Of a stretch of DNA of 64,000 bases, positions 11,750 to 22,700 are shown in pieces. The stretch covers positions 821 through 64,820 of the forward strand of contig CACILT010000006.1 in NCBI GenBank assembly GCA_902587565.1. Direction: 5' to 3'. Numbering within the stretch: position 1 is the first letter of the stretch; every line of letters begins with the position of its first letter. Origin of the DNA: an uncultured Alphaproteobacteria bacterium (GTDB taxonomy: Bacteria; Pseudomonadota; Alphaproteobacteria; HIMB59; GCA-002718135). The position numbers and the translations under genes are program-made. A model generated the notes under the pieces. That model saw only the letters and a program-made list of their open reading frames with translations, had not been told where the DNA came from and searched no databases.

Positions 11750-12381
11750 TGGTATTTGTTAAAGATTGTTGTGATTTGTTTAATGGTTTTATTAAATGAG
11801 CTATTGTTATCTATTATATGAGCTCCCTTTGGAATAACTAAGGGTGAGTATTTCCTATTTATATCTGTTTTATCTCTCAATTTAATATCTTTCAAAATTT
11901 TTTGGTATATAGACTTTTCACCACTATCAATCAACTGTTTATATCTTCTTTTTGCCCTAATTTTTACATTTACCTCTATATATAGTTTTAAATTAGCATC
12001 TTTAAAAACTTTTGATCCAATATCTCTTCCATCGATTACAAAACCCCTTTTATTTAGATTTTTCACATACTCATATTGTAAAAAATTAATTTTCTTTCTA
12101 ACTAACTTATTAATAGCTATCTTTGATGCAACATTACTTATCTCCTGAGTTCTAATTATTTTATTATTCCTATAAGAAATCGCATTAATTTTACTTAAGC
12201 AATCATTAACTTGGCGATGATTATTTAGATCAATCTTATTTTTTGAAAAGATGAGTGCGATACGCCTATATAATATACCTGAATCTAAATGTGATAAATT
12301 CCATTTTTTACTTATGTATTTGGCAATTTTTTGTTTACCAGAAGCAGCTGGTCCATCAACTGTAACAATAAATTTTTTCAA
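11746..12381 (-). CDS. cmk: Cytidylate kinase
   Basis: P-loop VDGPAASGK. 211 aa. It lies between aroA and rpsA. Confidence 0.92.
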   Translation of the reverse strand: MKKFIVTVDGPAASGKQKIAKYISKKWNLSHLDSGILYRRIALIFSKNKIDLNNHRQVNDCLSKINAISYRNNKIIRTQEISNVASKIAINKLVRKKINFLQYEYVKNLNKRGFVIDGRDIGSKVFKDANLKLYIEVNVKIRAKRRYKQLIDSGEKSIYQKILKDIKLRDKTDINRKYSPLVIPKGAHIIDNNSSFNKTIKQITTIFNKYQ

Positions 12382-13676
12382 TAAATTTTACCTCCAACCT
12401 CATTGAATTCTTTTTTGAATGTTGGAAAACTTGTATTAATAGAATCTGCCTCAAGAATATTGAGAGGACCAATCTTAGAGCCCATCACACAAAATGACAT
12501 TGCAATTCGATGATCAAAGTCGGTTCTAATATTATTATTTATAATCTCATAATTCTTCTTAGGATTTATATAAAGATTATCATCAACAACTTTGCATTCA
12601 ACACCACAGTTTAATAAATTTTTTAAAATAAGATTTAATCTATCACTTTCTTTAACTCTTAATTCACTAAGTCCTTTAAAAACACTGGGAGAATTTGCAA
12701 AACTAGCTGCTATTGATAAAATTGGATATTCATCTATCATTAAAGCAGCCATATCAGCTTCTAGTTCACATCCATTAAGTTCAGAGCTTAAAACTTCGAT
12801 ATCACAAACTTCTTCGTTGTTGTTATATCTTTTGTTTAATATTGATATTTTAGCACCCATTTTTTTTAATGCTATAAGTAAACCATTCCTGGTTGGATTA
12901 TTATTAATATTTTTAAGAATAATCTTGGAATTTTTATTTATTAATGTTGCAATAATGAAAAAAGCACTACTTGATAAATCACTTGGAACATTAATATTTT
13001 TTGATTTTAATTCGTTCTTACCTTCTATTTTAATATATTTCTTATTATCTTTTTTGGAAATTTTTATTTTTGCACCAAAAGATTCCAACATGATTTCAGT
13101 GTGATCTCTTGTAACACTATTTTCTGTGATATTTGATATGCCTTCAGTGTTAATACAGGCAAGTAATATGCCAGATTTAATTTGGGCTGAGGGAATTGTA
13201 ATATCAATATCTGCTGAAGTTAAATTTCTACCTTGAATTTCAATCGGTAAACTTCCATTGTAAGTTTTAATAATTGCATTCATTTTTGTTAAAGGATCTG
13301 TAATCCTCTTCATAGGTCTTTTAGATAGAGAGCTATCACCAATTATTTTTGAATTGAATTTTTGAGCAGATAATAGTCCAATAAGTAATCTAGCACTAGT
13401 ACCTGAATTTCCTAAGTAAATATCTTTTCTTGGTTTCTTAAGTGAATTTAGACCTTTACCATTTATTATTATTTCATCTTTATTTTCAATTATTTTTACA
13501 CCCATATCTTTAAAAGCTTCTAAAGTATGAAGTACATCATCAGATTTTAATATATTTTTAACTTTACAAATACCATTTGAGATAGATGGAATAATAATAG
13601 ATCGATGAGAAATTGATTTATCACCTGGTATTTTGGGGCTTCCAATTATACCTCCTGGAATTTTATCACTTATCAT
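12378..13676 (-). CDS. aroA: 3-phosphoshikimate 1-carboxyvinyltransferase (EPSP synthase)
   Basis: PGDKSISHR and LGNSGTSARLL motifs, 432 aa. Confidence 0.95.
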   Translation of the reverse strand: MISDKIPGGIIGSPKIPGDKSISHRSIIIPSISNGICKVKNILKSDDVLHTLEAFKDMGVKIIENKDEIIINGKGLNSLKKPRKDIYLGNSGTSARLLIGLLSAQKFNSKIIGDSSLSKRPMKRITDPLTKMNAIIKTYNGSLPIEIQGRNLTSADIDITIPSAQIKSGILLACINTEGISNITENSVTRDHTEIMLESFGAKIKISKKDNKKYIKIEGKNELKSKNINVPSDLSSSAFFIIATLINKNSKIILKNINNNPTRNGLLIALKKMGAKISILNKRYNNNEEVCDIEVLSSELNGCELEADMAALMIDEYPILSIAASFANSPSVFKGLSELRVKESDRLNLILKNLLNCGVECKVVDDNLYINPKKNYEIINNNIRTDFDHRIAMSFCVMGSKIGPLNILEADSINTSFPTFKKEFNEVGGKIY

Positions 13677-13677
13677 T

Positions 13678-14421
13678 TTAAAGTTTAAAGTCTGATCCTA
13701 AATAAAATTTTTTAATTTTTTCATCATTTACAGCATTTTGCGGATCACCCTCATAAAAAATTGCTCCTTCATTTACAATATAAACTTTATCAACAATTTT
13801 TAGCGTCTCTCTAACATTATGATCTGTAATCAATATACCAATATTTTTATCTTTTAATTTTTTAATTATAATTTTTATTTCCTCAATGGACACTGGGTCT
13901 ATACCAGTTAAAGGTTCATCTAATAATAAATATTTTGGATTTGATGCTAATGTTCTGGCAATTTCCAATCGTCTTCTTTCGCCACCCGAAAGTACAACTG
14001 ATTTAGATTTTCTAACATGTTGTATATCAAATTCATTTAAGAGGTTTTGCAATATTATATTTTGTTTATCTTTGTCTTTTTCATTTATTTCTATAATAGA
14101 TAAAAGATTATCTTCAACATTCATACCTCTAAAAATAGATGCCTCTTGAGGTAGATAGCTTATTCCCAACTTACCTCTAAGATATATTGGAAAATTTGTA
14201 ATTTCTGTTTTATCTAAGATTATTGAACCACTTTCTGGTTTTACTAAACCAACAATCATGTAAAAAGTAGTTGTTTTACCTGCACCGTTAGGACCAAGTA
14301 AACCTACTATTTCATTTCTTTTGATAGATATACTTATATCTCTAATTACTTCTTTATTTCCATAAGTTTTAGAAATTTTGTTTATAATTAAACCATCATG
14401 TAGTATTTTAAATTTATTCAT
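13678..14421 (-). CDS. lptB: LPS export ABC transporter ATP-binding protein
   Basis: Walker A GPNGAGKTT, signature LSGGERRR, Walker B LLLDEP. 247 aa. It lies downstream of the lptC and lptA homologues. Confidence 0.92.
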   Translation of the reverse strand: MNKFKILHDGLIINKISKTYGNKEVIRDISISIKRNEIVGLLGPNGAGKTTTFYMIVGLVKPESGSIILDKTEITNFPIYLRGKLGISYLPQEASIFRGMNVEDNLLSIIEINEKDKDKQNIILQNLLNEFDIQHVRKSKSVVLSGGERRRLEIARTLASNPKYLLLDEPLTGIDPVSIEEIKIIIKKLKDKNIGILITDHNVRETLKIVDKVYIVNEGAIFYEGDPQNAVNDEKIKKFYLGSDFKL

Positions 14422-15178
14422 CTTTATTTGATATTATTACCTTAACCTTTTTATTTGTTTTAGATTTAATTTTATATGAATTTAGTTTTCTGTCTAGAGA
14501 ACCATAATCGCCAGTTATAACTTCATTATTCCTAATAATTTTAACATTTTGATCTAATGTTATAATAGATGATTTATTGTCAAATTTGATATACGTTGCA
14601 AACATTTCCGTTTCATTTGATTTAACATATGAAATTTTTTCATCAAAAATATCGATAAACTCTATTTTTCTTTCTCCTTTATTATTTGTGAAAATGCCAT
14701 CTATTGAGTTAGCTTTAATGATGATTTCTTCATTTAATAATTTTGAATTTTCTCCACGCAACTCAAAATTACCGTTTGAATTGTTTACTATAATTTTACC
14801 ATCAGAAAACATTTTTATATCTTCAATAAATAGTTCTGATTTTATTCCTTCTAGTATAATCTCTTCCTGTTCTAGATCAAATTTCAAATTTTGACTTACG
14901 CATTGCAAATTGTAATTATCTGACTTAAAAGTAACATCATCTTTAGCTTCAATTTGAATTATATCGTACAAATTTTTATTAAAAAATATTTTAACGTTGT
15001 TCCCTGATAATACAAAAGAATCAGATGTTATCTTGACATTTTTTTTTAATAAATAATATTTCTCTTCTTGAAAAACTTCTATGCCATCTTCTGTAATAAT
15101 TTCTGTTTCTCCAACTTCACGTGCAACAATATTTTTGATTATAAAAAATGTTAACAATAAATAAATTAAAAACTTCAT
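14414..15178 (-). CDS. lptA: LPS transport periplasmic protein LptA (OstA-like)
   Basis: N-terminal signal peptide and a repetitive beta-strand-rich OstA-like sequence. The call rests mainly on its position between lptC and lptB. Confidence 0.78.
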   Translation of the reverse strand: MKFLIYLLLTFFIIKNIVAREVGETEIITEDGIEVFQEEKYYLLKKNVKITSDSFVLSGNNVKIFFNKNLYDIIQIEAKDDVTFKSDNYNLQCVSQNLKFDLEQEEIILEGIKSELFIEDIKMFSDGKIIVNNSNGNFELRGENSKLLNEEIIIKANSIDGIFTNNKGERKIEFIDIFDEKISYVKSNETEMFATYIKFDNKSSIITLDQNVKIIRNNEVITGDYGSLDRKLNSYKIKSKTNKKVKVIISNKDE

Positions 15179-15615
15179 TTTAATAATACAGTTGATTTGC
15201 CATAGAAAATTATTCTATTTCCTTGATCAGAGATATCGAAACCATTAGATTTAATAATAACATTATTTGTTTTAAAATAAGATTTATCATTACTATAGGC
15301 TGTTTGCATACTTCTATTAAAAATAACATTCTCAGTTTCAATACTAAAATTATTTGATTTAAAAGTAACATTTTTTTTTAGCATTACTTCATCGGAGCTA
15401 ATAAAATTTCCTTCTTCTGCAGTTATAAATATTTTTTGAGAGTCATTATTAATAGAAAATTTAGGTTTAAAAATATCGGCATTAGATAGTTCTAATCCAT
15501 TTTCAATAACAATATTTTTTTTTGATACAAAAAATTGAATTATAATTAAAAATAAAAAAATTAAAAATATTGTAATTAATATTAACCTTCTGTTTAATTG
15601 TAAAAAATAATTCAA
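15175..15615 (-). CDS. lptC: LPS export system protein LptC
   Basis: Single N-terminal membrane anchor. 146 aa. It lies directly upstream of lptA. The call is mostly positional. Confidence 0.65.
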   Translation of the reverse strand: MNYFLQLNRRLILITIFLIFLFLIIIQFFVSKKNIVIENGLELSNADIFKPKFSINNDSQKIFITAEEGNFISSDEVMLKKNVTFKSNNFSIETENVIFNRSMQTAYSNDKSYFKTNNVIIKSNGFDISDQGNRIIFYGKSTVLLK

Positions 15616-16575
15616 TTAACTTGTTAACCTCAATAAGTCATGGATATGGACTATTCCAATAGGTATTTTTTTATCGCAAATAAATAGACTAGTTATTTTT
15701 TTTGTATTCATTAGATTGATTGCTTCTCCAACTAGCATCTGTTTTGTCGCAACAGTTGGTTTTTTGGTCATTATTTCCTCTGCAGTTTTATTGAAAAAAT
15801 TTGAATTTAATTTTCTTCTTAAATCACCATCTGTAATAATACCAACTATTTCATTTTTATTATTAATTACACCTAAACAACCAAAACTTTTTTTTGTCAT
15901 TGTTATTAATGCTTTTGACATTTTTTCATTGATTTTTGCTAATGGCAATTTACTTTTTATATGCATTACTTCACTTAAATATTTAAGATCTTTCCCCAGA
16001 TTGCCTCCTGGATGCAGACTTCTAAATTCTGTACTTTTAAATCCCTTAAGTTCTAATAGAGCTATTGCTATACAATCGCCTATAATCATTGACATTGAAG
16101 TTGAGCTTGTCGGTGCTAAGTTTAATGGACAAGCTTCCATTGGTTTTTTATAAAGAATACTTACGCTCGCATTTTTGTGTAAACTACTTTTTGAATTACT
16201 TGTTATACCTATAAGTGTAATATTAAATCTTTTTGTAAATTGAATAATATTATTTAATTCAGATGTTTCTCCAGAATTTGAAATGGCTATAACACAATCT
16301 GTTTTTTTTATACTTCCTAAATCGCCATGACTGGCCTCGGTTGCATGCACAAAGTATGATGGTGTTCCAGTTGAAGTTAGTGTTGCGGATAATTTATTAC
16401 CTATGTGTGCACTTTTACCTACGCCAGTAACTATTACCTTGCCTTTTAGTGAATGAATAATTTCAATAGCATCACAAAAATTTTTATTGAAAGTTGAGCT
16501 TAACGTTTTAATACTGTCCAATTCTTTTGAGAGTGTTCTTTTTGCTGAAGCTATTATTTTTTTATTAATATTCAT
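15616..16575 (-). CDS. kdsD: Arabinose-5-phosphate isomerase (SIS plus tandem CBS domains)
   Basis: SIS motif VTGVGKSAHIGNK and a C-terminal CBS pair. I moved the start to ATG 16575 (MNINKK...) because the track's longer ORF would overlap the upstream gene's stop. Confidence 0.9.
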   Translation of the reverse strand: MNINKKIIASAKRTLSKELDSIKTLSSTFNKNFCDAIEIIHSLKGKVIVTGVGKSAHIGNKLSATLTSTGTPSYFVHATEASHGDLGSIKKTDCVIAISNSGETSELNNIIQFTKRFNITLIGITSNSKSSLHKNASVSILYKKPMEACPLNLAPTSSTSMSMIIGDCIAIALLELKGFKSTEFRSLHPGGNLGKDLKYLSEVMHIKSKLPLAKINEKMSKALITMTKKSFGCLGVINNKNEIVGIITDGDLRRKLNSNFFNKTAEEIMTKKPTVATKQMLVGEAINLMNTKKITSLFICDKKIPIGIVHIHDLLRLTS

Positions 16576-16577
16576 TA

Positions 16578-17186
16578 TTAGTGTTTGAAAATATCTTGAT
16601 CTTGCCAACCATTAAGATCTAAATCAGTTCTATGTGCAATAAAATCAAAGCAAGCTTTTGCTAAGTCACTTCTTTTTTCTCTTAATAGCATTAAATCAAG
16701 TTTTTCTTTTACTTTATGTAAATACAAAACATCTGTAGCGGCATATTTTTGTTGATCTTTAGTTAATTCTCCACCCCAATCTGATGATTGTTCAGTTTTT
16801 GAAATTGTTTTTCCTAATAATTCACTGCAGAGATCTTTATATCCATGTTTATCTGTATACGTTCTAACAAGCTTTGATGCAATTTTAGTACAGTAAATAT
16901 TTTTAATTTTAATTTTAAAGTTATGTTTGAAAACAGCTATATCAAATCTAGCATAATGAAATATTTTTTGAATTTTGTTATTCTTAAGAATTTTAATTAA
17001 ATTAACAGGTTTTTCATTAGGTAAGTTAATTTTTACTAGATTACATATTTCATCACCATTAGAAATTTGAACTAAACATAATTTATCCCTTTTAGGATTT
17101 AATCCCATTGTTTCACTATCCAAAGCAACAATGTTAGTAGCATTAAAACTTGCTGGGAGGTCACCTCTATAGAAATTTATTTTCAT
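16578..17186 (-). CDS. Short RNase D-like 3'-5' exonuclease (DEDDy)
   Basis: Exo motifs ALDSETMGL, HYARFD and YAATDVLYL. 202 aa. Confidence 0.8.
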   Translation of the reverse strand: MKINFYRGDLPASFNATNIVALDSETMGLNPKRDKLCLVQISNGDEICNLVKINLPNEKPVNLIKILKNNKIQKIFHYARFDIAVFKHNFKIKIKNIYCTKIASKLVRTYTDKHGYKDLCSELLGKTISKTEQSSDWGGELTKDQQKYAATDVLYLHKVKEKLDLMLLREKRSDLAKACFDFIAHRTDLDLNGWQDQDIFKH

Positions 17187-17248
17187 TTTGATTTTATTGC
17201 CTGTTTAATTTATATTTTTTATCTATATCATTTATTTAATTAAAGGTC

Positions 17249-18154
17249 ATGAAATCAATAGTAATTTTTGGAGGTGCAGGTTTTGTAGGTAAACATCTAA
17301 TAAGACGTCTTACTAAAAATGGGCATAAAATCATAGTTCCATATCAAAGATCTGTACAAGAAGCTAAAATTCGACTTTTAGGTGTAACAGGTCAGGTAAT
17401 TCCATTTCGTTATTCTTCATTAGAAGACAAGAGGCTTAAATCTGTTTTAAATAATGCTGAAGTATGTATTAATTTGAAAACTACGTATGATCAAAAAAAG
17501 AGTGATTTTAACACCACAATATTTAAGTTTAATCAAAAGCTTATTAGAATTTTAAAATCTAGCAAGGAATTAAAACAATTTATTCTTTTTTCAGGTCTTG
17601 GTGTAGATATTGATAAAAATTCAACAAGAAGCAATGCCGTGCACAAATCTGAAAAGGAAGCTCTAAAACAACTAGAGAACGTGAATATTATTAGGCCAGG
17701 AGTTATAATAGGTGGCGGTGATATTTTCTTGAAAAGACTTTTACCAATATTTAAAGCTTCATTTTTCGTCCCACTTTTTGGTGATGGTTCAACTAAATTC
17801 CAACCAGTATTTATTGATGATGTATCTCAAGCTATTGATAAAGTTATTAATAATAGCATTATTGGAAAAAATATTTACGAGCTTGCTGGTCCGAGAATAT
17901 TTTCTTACAAAGAATTTTTTAATCATATTTCTAATTTTTTAAGCAAAACTAGAGTTTTAGTTCCTATTCCTATGGTAGTAATGAAACCTCTAATAAATAT
18001 TGCGGAAAAAACACCAATTTCCCCACTTACATCAGAACAGTTAACATTATTTGAAAAAGATAATCTTCTTGTAAATGTCGATAAATCATTCCAAAATCTT
18101 GATATTAATCCACAGGATACTTTACAAATCCTAAGAAATATTGTTGTAAATTAA
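17249..18154 (+). CDS. NAD(P)-binding atypical SDR, complex I NDUFA9 (39 kDa subunit)-like protein
   Basis: Rossmann motif FGGAGFVGKH. About 300 aa. The overall pattern is that of the alphaproteobacterial NDUFA9-like NAD-dependent epimerase/dehydratase family. Confidence 0.7.
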   Translation: MKSIVIFGGAGFVGKHLIRRLTKNGHKIIVPYQRSVQEAKIRLLGVTGQVIPFRYSSLEDKRLKSVLNNAEVCINLKTTYDQKKSDFNTTIFKFNQKLIRILKSSKELKQFILFSGLGVDIDKNSTRSNAVHKSEKEALKQLENVNIIRPGVIIGGGDIFLKRLLPIFKASFFVPLFGDGSTKFQPVFIDDVSQAIDKVINNSIIGKNIYELAGPRIFSYKEFFNHISNFLSKTRVLVPIPMVVMKPLINIAEKTPISPLTSEQLTLFEKDNLLVNVDKSFQNLDINPQDTLQILRNIVVN

Positions 18155-18272
18155 AGATTTTTTTAGTTTTAGTACATAAGTGGTACTATTATTACAAAAT
18201 TATTGTTTTCTTTTCTATCTTGAATGTGTATTTGGTTCGATCTAAATAAAATAGTAAACATATGATAACTAA

Positions 18273-19718
18273 ATGTTAAAATTTACTAAAATAAATAAGG
18301 AAAATCCAAGTAAAATATCTGCTAAAGAGAGAGTTAAATCATTTGATGAGATTTATGCTAAATATGCTTCTCAAAAAGCTGAGGAGCAAGCTTCAAGATG
18401 TTCTCAGTGTGGAGTGCCATTCTGCCAAGTTCATTGTCCTCTTCATAATAATATTCCAGACTGGTTAAAGCTTACTGCTGAGGATAGAATGCAGGAGGCA
18501 TTTGAAATTTCTAGCTCTACAAATAATATGCCTGAAATTTGTGGTCGTATATGTCCCCAAGATCGTTTGTGTGAAGGTAATTGTGTAATTGAACAATCAG
18601 GCCACGGTACTGTTACTATAGGATCGATAGAAAAATATATTACAGATAAAGCTTGGGAAGAAGGTTGGGTTAAAAATATAGAGCCAGTTGATGAAAGAAG
18701 CCAAAGTGTGGGAATTATCGGTTCTGGCCCTGCTGGTTTAGCTGCAGCAGAAGAACTTCGTAAAAAAGGTTTTCAAGTTACAATCTATGATCGTTACGAT
18801 AGACCTGGTGGTCTTTTAATTTATGGTATTCCAAATTTTAAACTAGAAAAAGATATTGTTATAAGAAGAACAAATAGACTTAAAGAAAGTGGAATTAAGT
18901 TTGAACTAAACTGCGATATTGGCAAAGACATTACTTTTGATGATATTAAAATTAAGCACGATGCTGTTCTTATAGCTACCGGAGTTTACAAATTTAGAGA
19001 AATTAATCTTAATACTTCTAATTTTAATAACGTTGTACCAGCTTTAGATTTTCTAATAGCAAGCAACAAGACTGGTTTAAAAGATAAAATTGAAGATTTT
19101 ACAAGTGGTAGATTAAACGCATATGGGAAAAATGTAGTTGTCATCGGTGGTGGTGATACAGCTATGGATTGCGTTAGAACAGCTGTAAGACAAGGAGCAA
19201 AATCTGTTAAGTGTCTTTATAGACGCGATAAAAAAAATATGCCCGGTTCTCAAAGAGAAGTTCAAAATGCAATAGAAGAGGGTGTTGATTTTCAATGGTT
19301 GACTTTACCAACTGAATATTCTGGAAACGGCTCATTAAAAAATGTCAGAACTGTTTTAATGGAACTCGGAGAACCAGATGAGTCAGGTAGAAGGAAACCA
19401 GAGCCAAAAGCAGGGACAGAAAAAGACCTAGATGTTGATTTAGCCATAGAAGCTTTAGGTTTTGAACCTGAAAATTTACCTAAGCTTTTTGATAATAATG
19501 ACCTGACAGTTACTAGATGGGGTACTATAAAAATTAATTATAAAAATATGATGACTTCGGTTGATGGAGTCTTTGCCGCTGGAGACATCGTTCGTGGTGC
19601 AAGTCTAGTTGTTTGGGGAATCAAAGATGGTCGCGATGCAGCAAAAAATATCAATGAATATCTAACAAATAATTTTGCCGATCAAGATAATATTAATAAG
19701 AAAGCAGTAAATGCGTAA
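18273..19718 (+). CDS. gltD: Glutamate synthase (NADPH) small subunit
   Basis: N-terminal Cys clusters CSQCGVPFC..HCP and CGRICPQDRLCEGNC. Dinucleotide motifs GSGPAGLAAA and VIGGGDTAMDC. Confidence 0.95.
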   Translation: MLKFTKINKENPSKISAKERVKSFDEIYAKYASQKAEEQASRCSQCGVPFCQVHCPLHNNIPDWLKLTAEDRMQEAFEISSSTNNMPEICGRICPQDRLCEGNCVIEQSGHGTVTIGSIEKYITDKAWEEGWVKNIEPVDERSQSVGIIGSGPAGLAAAEELRKKGFQVTIYDRYDRPGGLLIYGIPNFKLEKDIVIRRTNRLKESGIKFELNCDIGKDITFDDIKIKHDAVLIATGVYKFREINLNTSNFNNVVPALDFLIASNKTGLKDKIEDFTSGRLNAYGKNVVVIGGGDTAMDCVRTAVRQGAKSVKCLYRRDKKNMPGSQREVQNAIEEGVDFQWLTLPTEYSGNGSLKNVRTVLMELGEPDESGRRKPEPKAGTEKDLDVDLAIEALGFEPENLPKLFDNNDLTVTRWGTIKINYKNMMTSVDGVFAAGDIVRGASLVVWGIKDGRDAAKNINEYLTNNFADQDNINKKAVNA

Positions 19719-22700
19719 TCACTTTATTGAAAAGTATAAAAAGGATAAAAAATTCTTAGAAGAAAATCACATTTATAATGAACAAGATGAACATTCATCA
19801 TGCGGTGTTGGATTAATAGCATCTCTAGATGGCTCTGAAACAAGAGAAATAGTAGAGTTAGGAGTTCAAGCTTTAAGAGTTTTATATCACCGAGGTGCAG
19901 TTGATGCCGATGGTAAAACTGGTGATGGTGCAGGAATACAGTTATCCATACCAAAGAATTTTTTTATTCAACAAATAGAAAGAACTGGCCACACTCCTAA
20001 TCATTTACCTTTTGGGGTTGGTATGATTTTTTTACCACGTACTGATTTTGCTGCTCAAGAAAACGCTCGTACAATTGTTGAATCTGAAATAATTAAAGAA
20101 GGTTTGAAAATATATGGTTGGAGACACGTTCCAATTAATTCATCCATAATAGGTGATAAAGCAAAAGCAACAAGACCTGAAATAGAACAAATATTAATTT
20201 GTAATGAGGAACTAGAAGATGAAAAGCAATTTGATAATACACTTTATATAATTAGAAAAAGAATAGAAAAAGAAATTAGAAATCAAAATATTTCTGACTT
20301 TTATATTTGCTCACTATCTTGTCAGTCTATTGTTTATAAGGGCATGTTCTTAGCTGAACAACTTTCCAATTTTTATCCAGATATCCAAAACAAAGATTTT
20401 ATTTCTAGGTATGCCGTTTATCACCAGCGTTATTCAACTAATACATTTCCTACATGGTCTTTAGCACAGCCTTTTAGAGTGATTGCTCATAATGGTGAAA
20501 TAAATACACTTAAAGGAAATAAAAATTGGATGGCTGCCCATGAGCCAAGAATGAAACATAAAAATTTTGGCAATAATGTAGATGATTTAAAACCCATAAT
20601 TGATGCTAAAGCGTCTGACTCTGCAGCATTAGATTCAACAATAGAGTTATTAGTAAAAGCTAATCGTTCTTTACCTATGGCTAAAATAATAACAATTCCA
20701 GAGGCTTGGTCTCATAGAAGAGATTTTCCAAAAAAAATAAAAGATTTATACGCTTATGGTGGTGCAGTTATGGAGCCATGGGATGGTCCAGCAGCAATAT
20801 GTGGAACGTATGGTGATTGGGCAATTGCTGGAATGGATAGAAATGGTCTTAGACCTATAAGATATACACTGACAAAAAATCTTCTTATTGCTGGTTCTGA
20901 AACTGGAATGGTTGACATTAAAGAAAATGAAATAATAGAAAGAGGTAGGGTAGGACCAGGTCAATTAATAGCAGTTAATTTTAAAGAGAAAAAATTTTTT
21001 AAAGATCATGAGATTAAAAAGTATTTGGCAGATACTAAACCATTTGGTGATTGGACTAAAAAAATTACATATATTGATAAACTTGTTCAATCTGTTGATG
21101 AGGAATTTAGAGATTTAGATTCTGGAGATCTACGAAAAAGAATGGCATGCTTTGCCTGGTCAGTAGAAGACATCGAATTAATACTTCATCCGATGATTGC
21201 CGAAAAAAAAGAAGCAACGGGATCGATGGGAGATGACACTCCATTAGCTGTGCTTTCAAATAAATATAGAGGACTACATCACTTTTTTAGACAAAATTTT
21301 AGTCAAGTTACAAACCCACCGATTGATTCATTAAGAGAAAGAGTTGTTATGAGTCTTCGAACGAGGATTGGAAACTTAAGTAATATTCTTGATGAAGATG
21401 AGAATCAATGCAATCATTTACAATTGAACTCCCCTGTTCTTTCAATCGAGCAATTCAAATCTATGCGTAGATATATGAAAGATACCGTGAAGATCATTAA
21501 CACTACAATGGATAAAACAAATCCTGAAAATAATTTTGAGACAGAAATTTTGAGAATAAACCAAGAAGCGGAACAAGCTGTTAGAGAAGGGTATGTTCAT
21601 ATAATTTTAAGTGACAAAGAAATGTCTAAAACAAGAATAGCTCTTCCTATGATATTGGTTACAAGTTCTGTTCATCATCATTTAATTAAACAAAATCTAC
21701 GAACTTTTATTTCTTTAAATGTTCAATCTGCAGAATGTTTAGATGTACAATATTTTGCAGTGCTTATTGGAGTAGGAGCAACAAGTGTAAATGCATATAT
21801 GGCACAACAAGCGATAGCGGAAAGACATAAAAGGGGATTATTTAAAAATCTCTCATATGAAGAATGTGTAGAGAGATTCATTACTTCTATAAATAATGGT
21901 TTGCTTAAGACTATGAGTAAGATGGGAATTTCAGTAATTAATTCATATCGAGGTGGTTGTAACTTTGAGGCAATTGGTCTTAGTAGAAATTTAATGAGCA
22001 AATATTTCCCTTCTATGAGTTCTAAAATATCTGGTATCGGAATCAGTGGTATTGAAAGAAGATCTAGATTAGCTCATGACAGGGCTTATGAAGAAAGTGT
22101 TATTACGCTGCCGATTGGAGGAAACTATCGCTATAGATTTGGAGGAGAAAAACATGCTTTTGAAGCAAGATCAATTCACATGCTTCAAACTGCAGTAAGT
22201 TCTAATAATTATTCTTTATTTAAAAAATATTCCTCCATGATTGATGAAATGGATCCTATAAATATTCGTGATCTTTTAGACTTCAAAAAGAATAACGATA
22301 ACAGTAACTCTAACATCGTTGAACCTTCTCAAGAAATTAGAAAAAGACTAGTTGCACCAGGTATATCACTTGGAGCCTTAAGTCCAGAAGCACACGAAAC
22401 TCTTTCTGTTGCAATGAATAGGATAGGAGCTAAATCTGATTCAGGTGAAGGTGGTGAAGACCCAATTAGATTTAAACCTAAGCCAAATGGAGATAATCCA
22501 TCATCAAAAATTAAACAAATTGCAAGTGGACGATTTGGTGTAACCGCAGAGTATTTAAATAATTGTGAAGAAATTGAAATTAAAGTTGCACAAGGTGCAA
22601 AACCTGGTGAGGGTGGACAATTGCCAGGAGGAAAAGTTACTGAATTAATTGCTAAACTAAGACATTCAACTGAAGGTGTGACACTTATTAGTCCTCCTCC

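Noticed and set aside
12592-13104. A 170-aa ORF antisense to aroA. Similar nested antisense ORFs occur at 15716-16153, 7472-7813, 14577-14894, 39799-40098, 4041-4331 and 27711-28001.
   Set aside because: All lie entirely inside genes with strong family motifs on the opposite strand. Their translations are low-complexity S/I/L/F-rich strings with no motifs, and there is no space for their own promoter or RBS. They are best explained as mirror-frame artefacts of codon usage. Only ribosome profiling could rescue any of them.
16576-16608. Upstream extension of kdsD (MARSRYFQTLI...) given in the ORF track.
   Set aside because: It would overlap the 3' end of the RNase D-like gene by 31 nt. ATG 16575 lies 2 nt after that gene's stop and gives a normal SIS-domain N-terminus.
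18171-18187. Hairpin AGTAC-ataagtg-GTACT after the NDUFA9-like gene, considered as a terminator.
   Set aside because: It has only a 5-bp AT-rich stem with a 7-nt loop and no following T-tract, so it is expected by chance.
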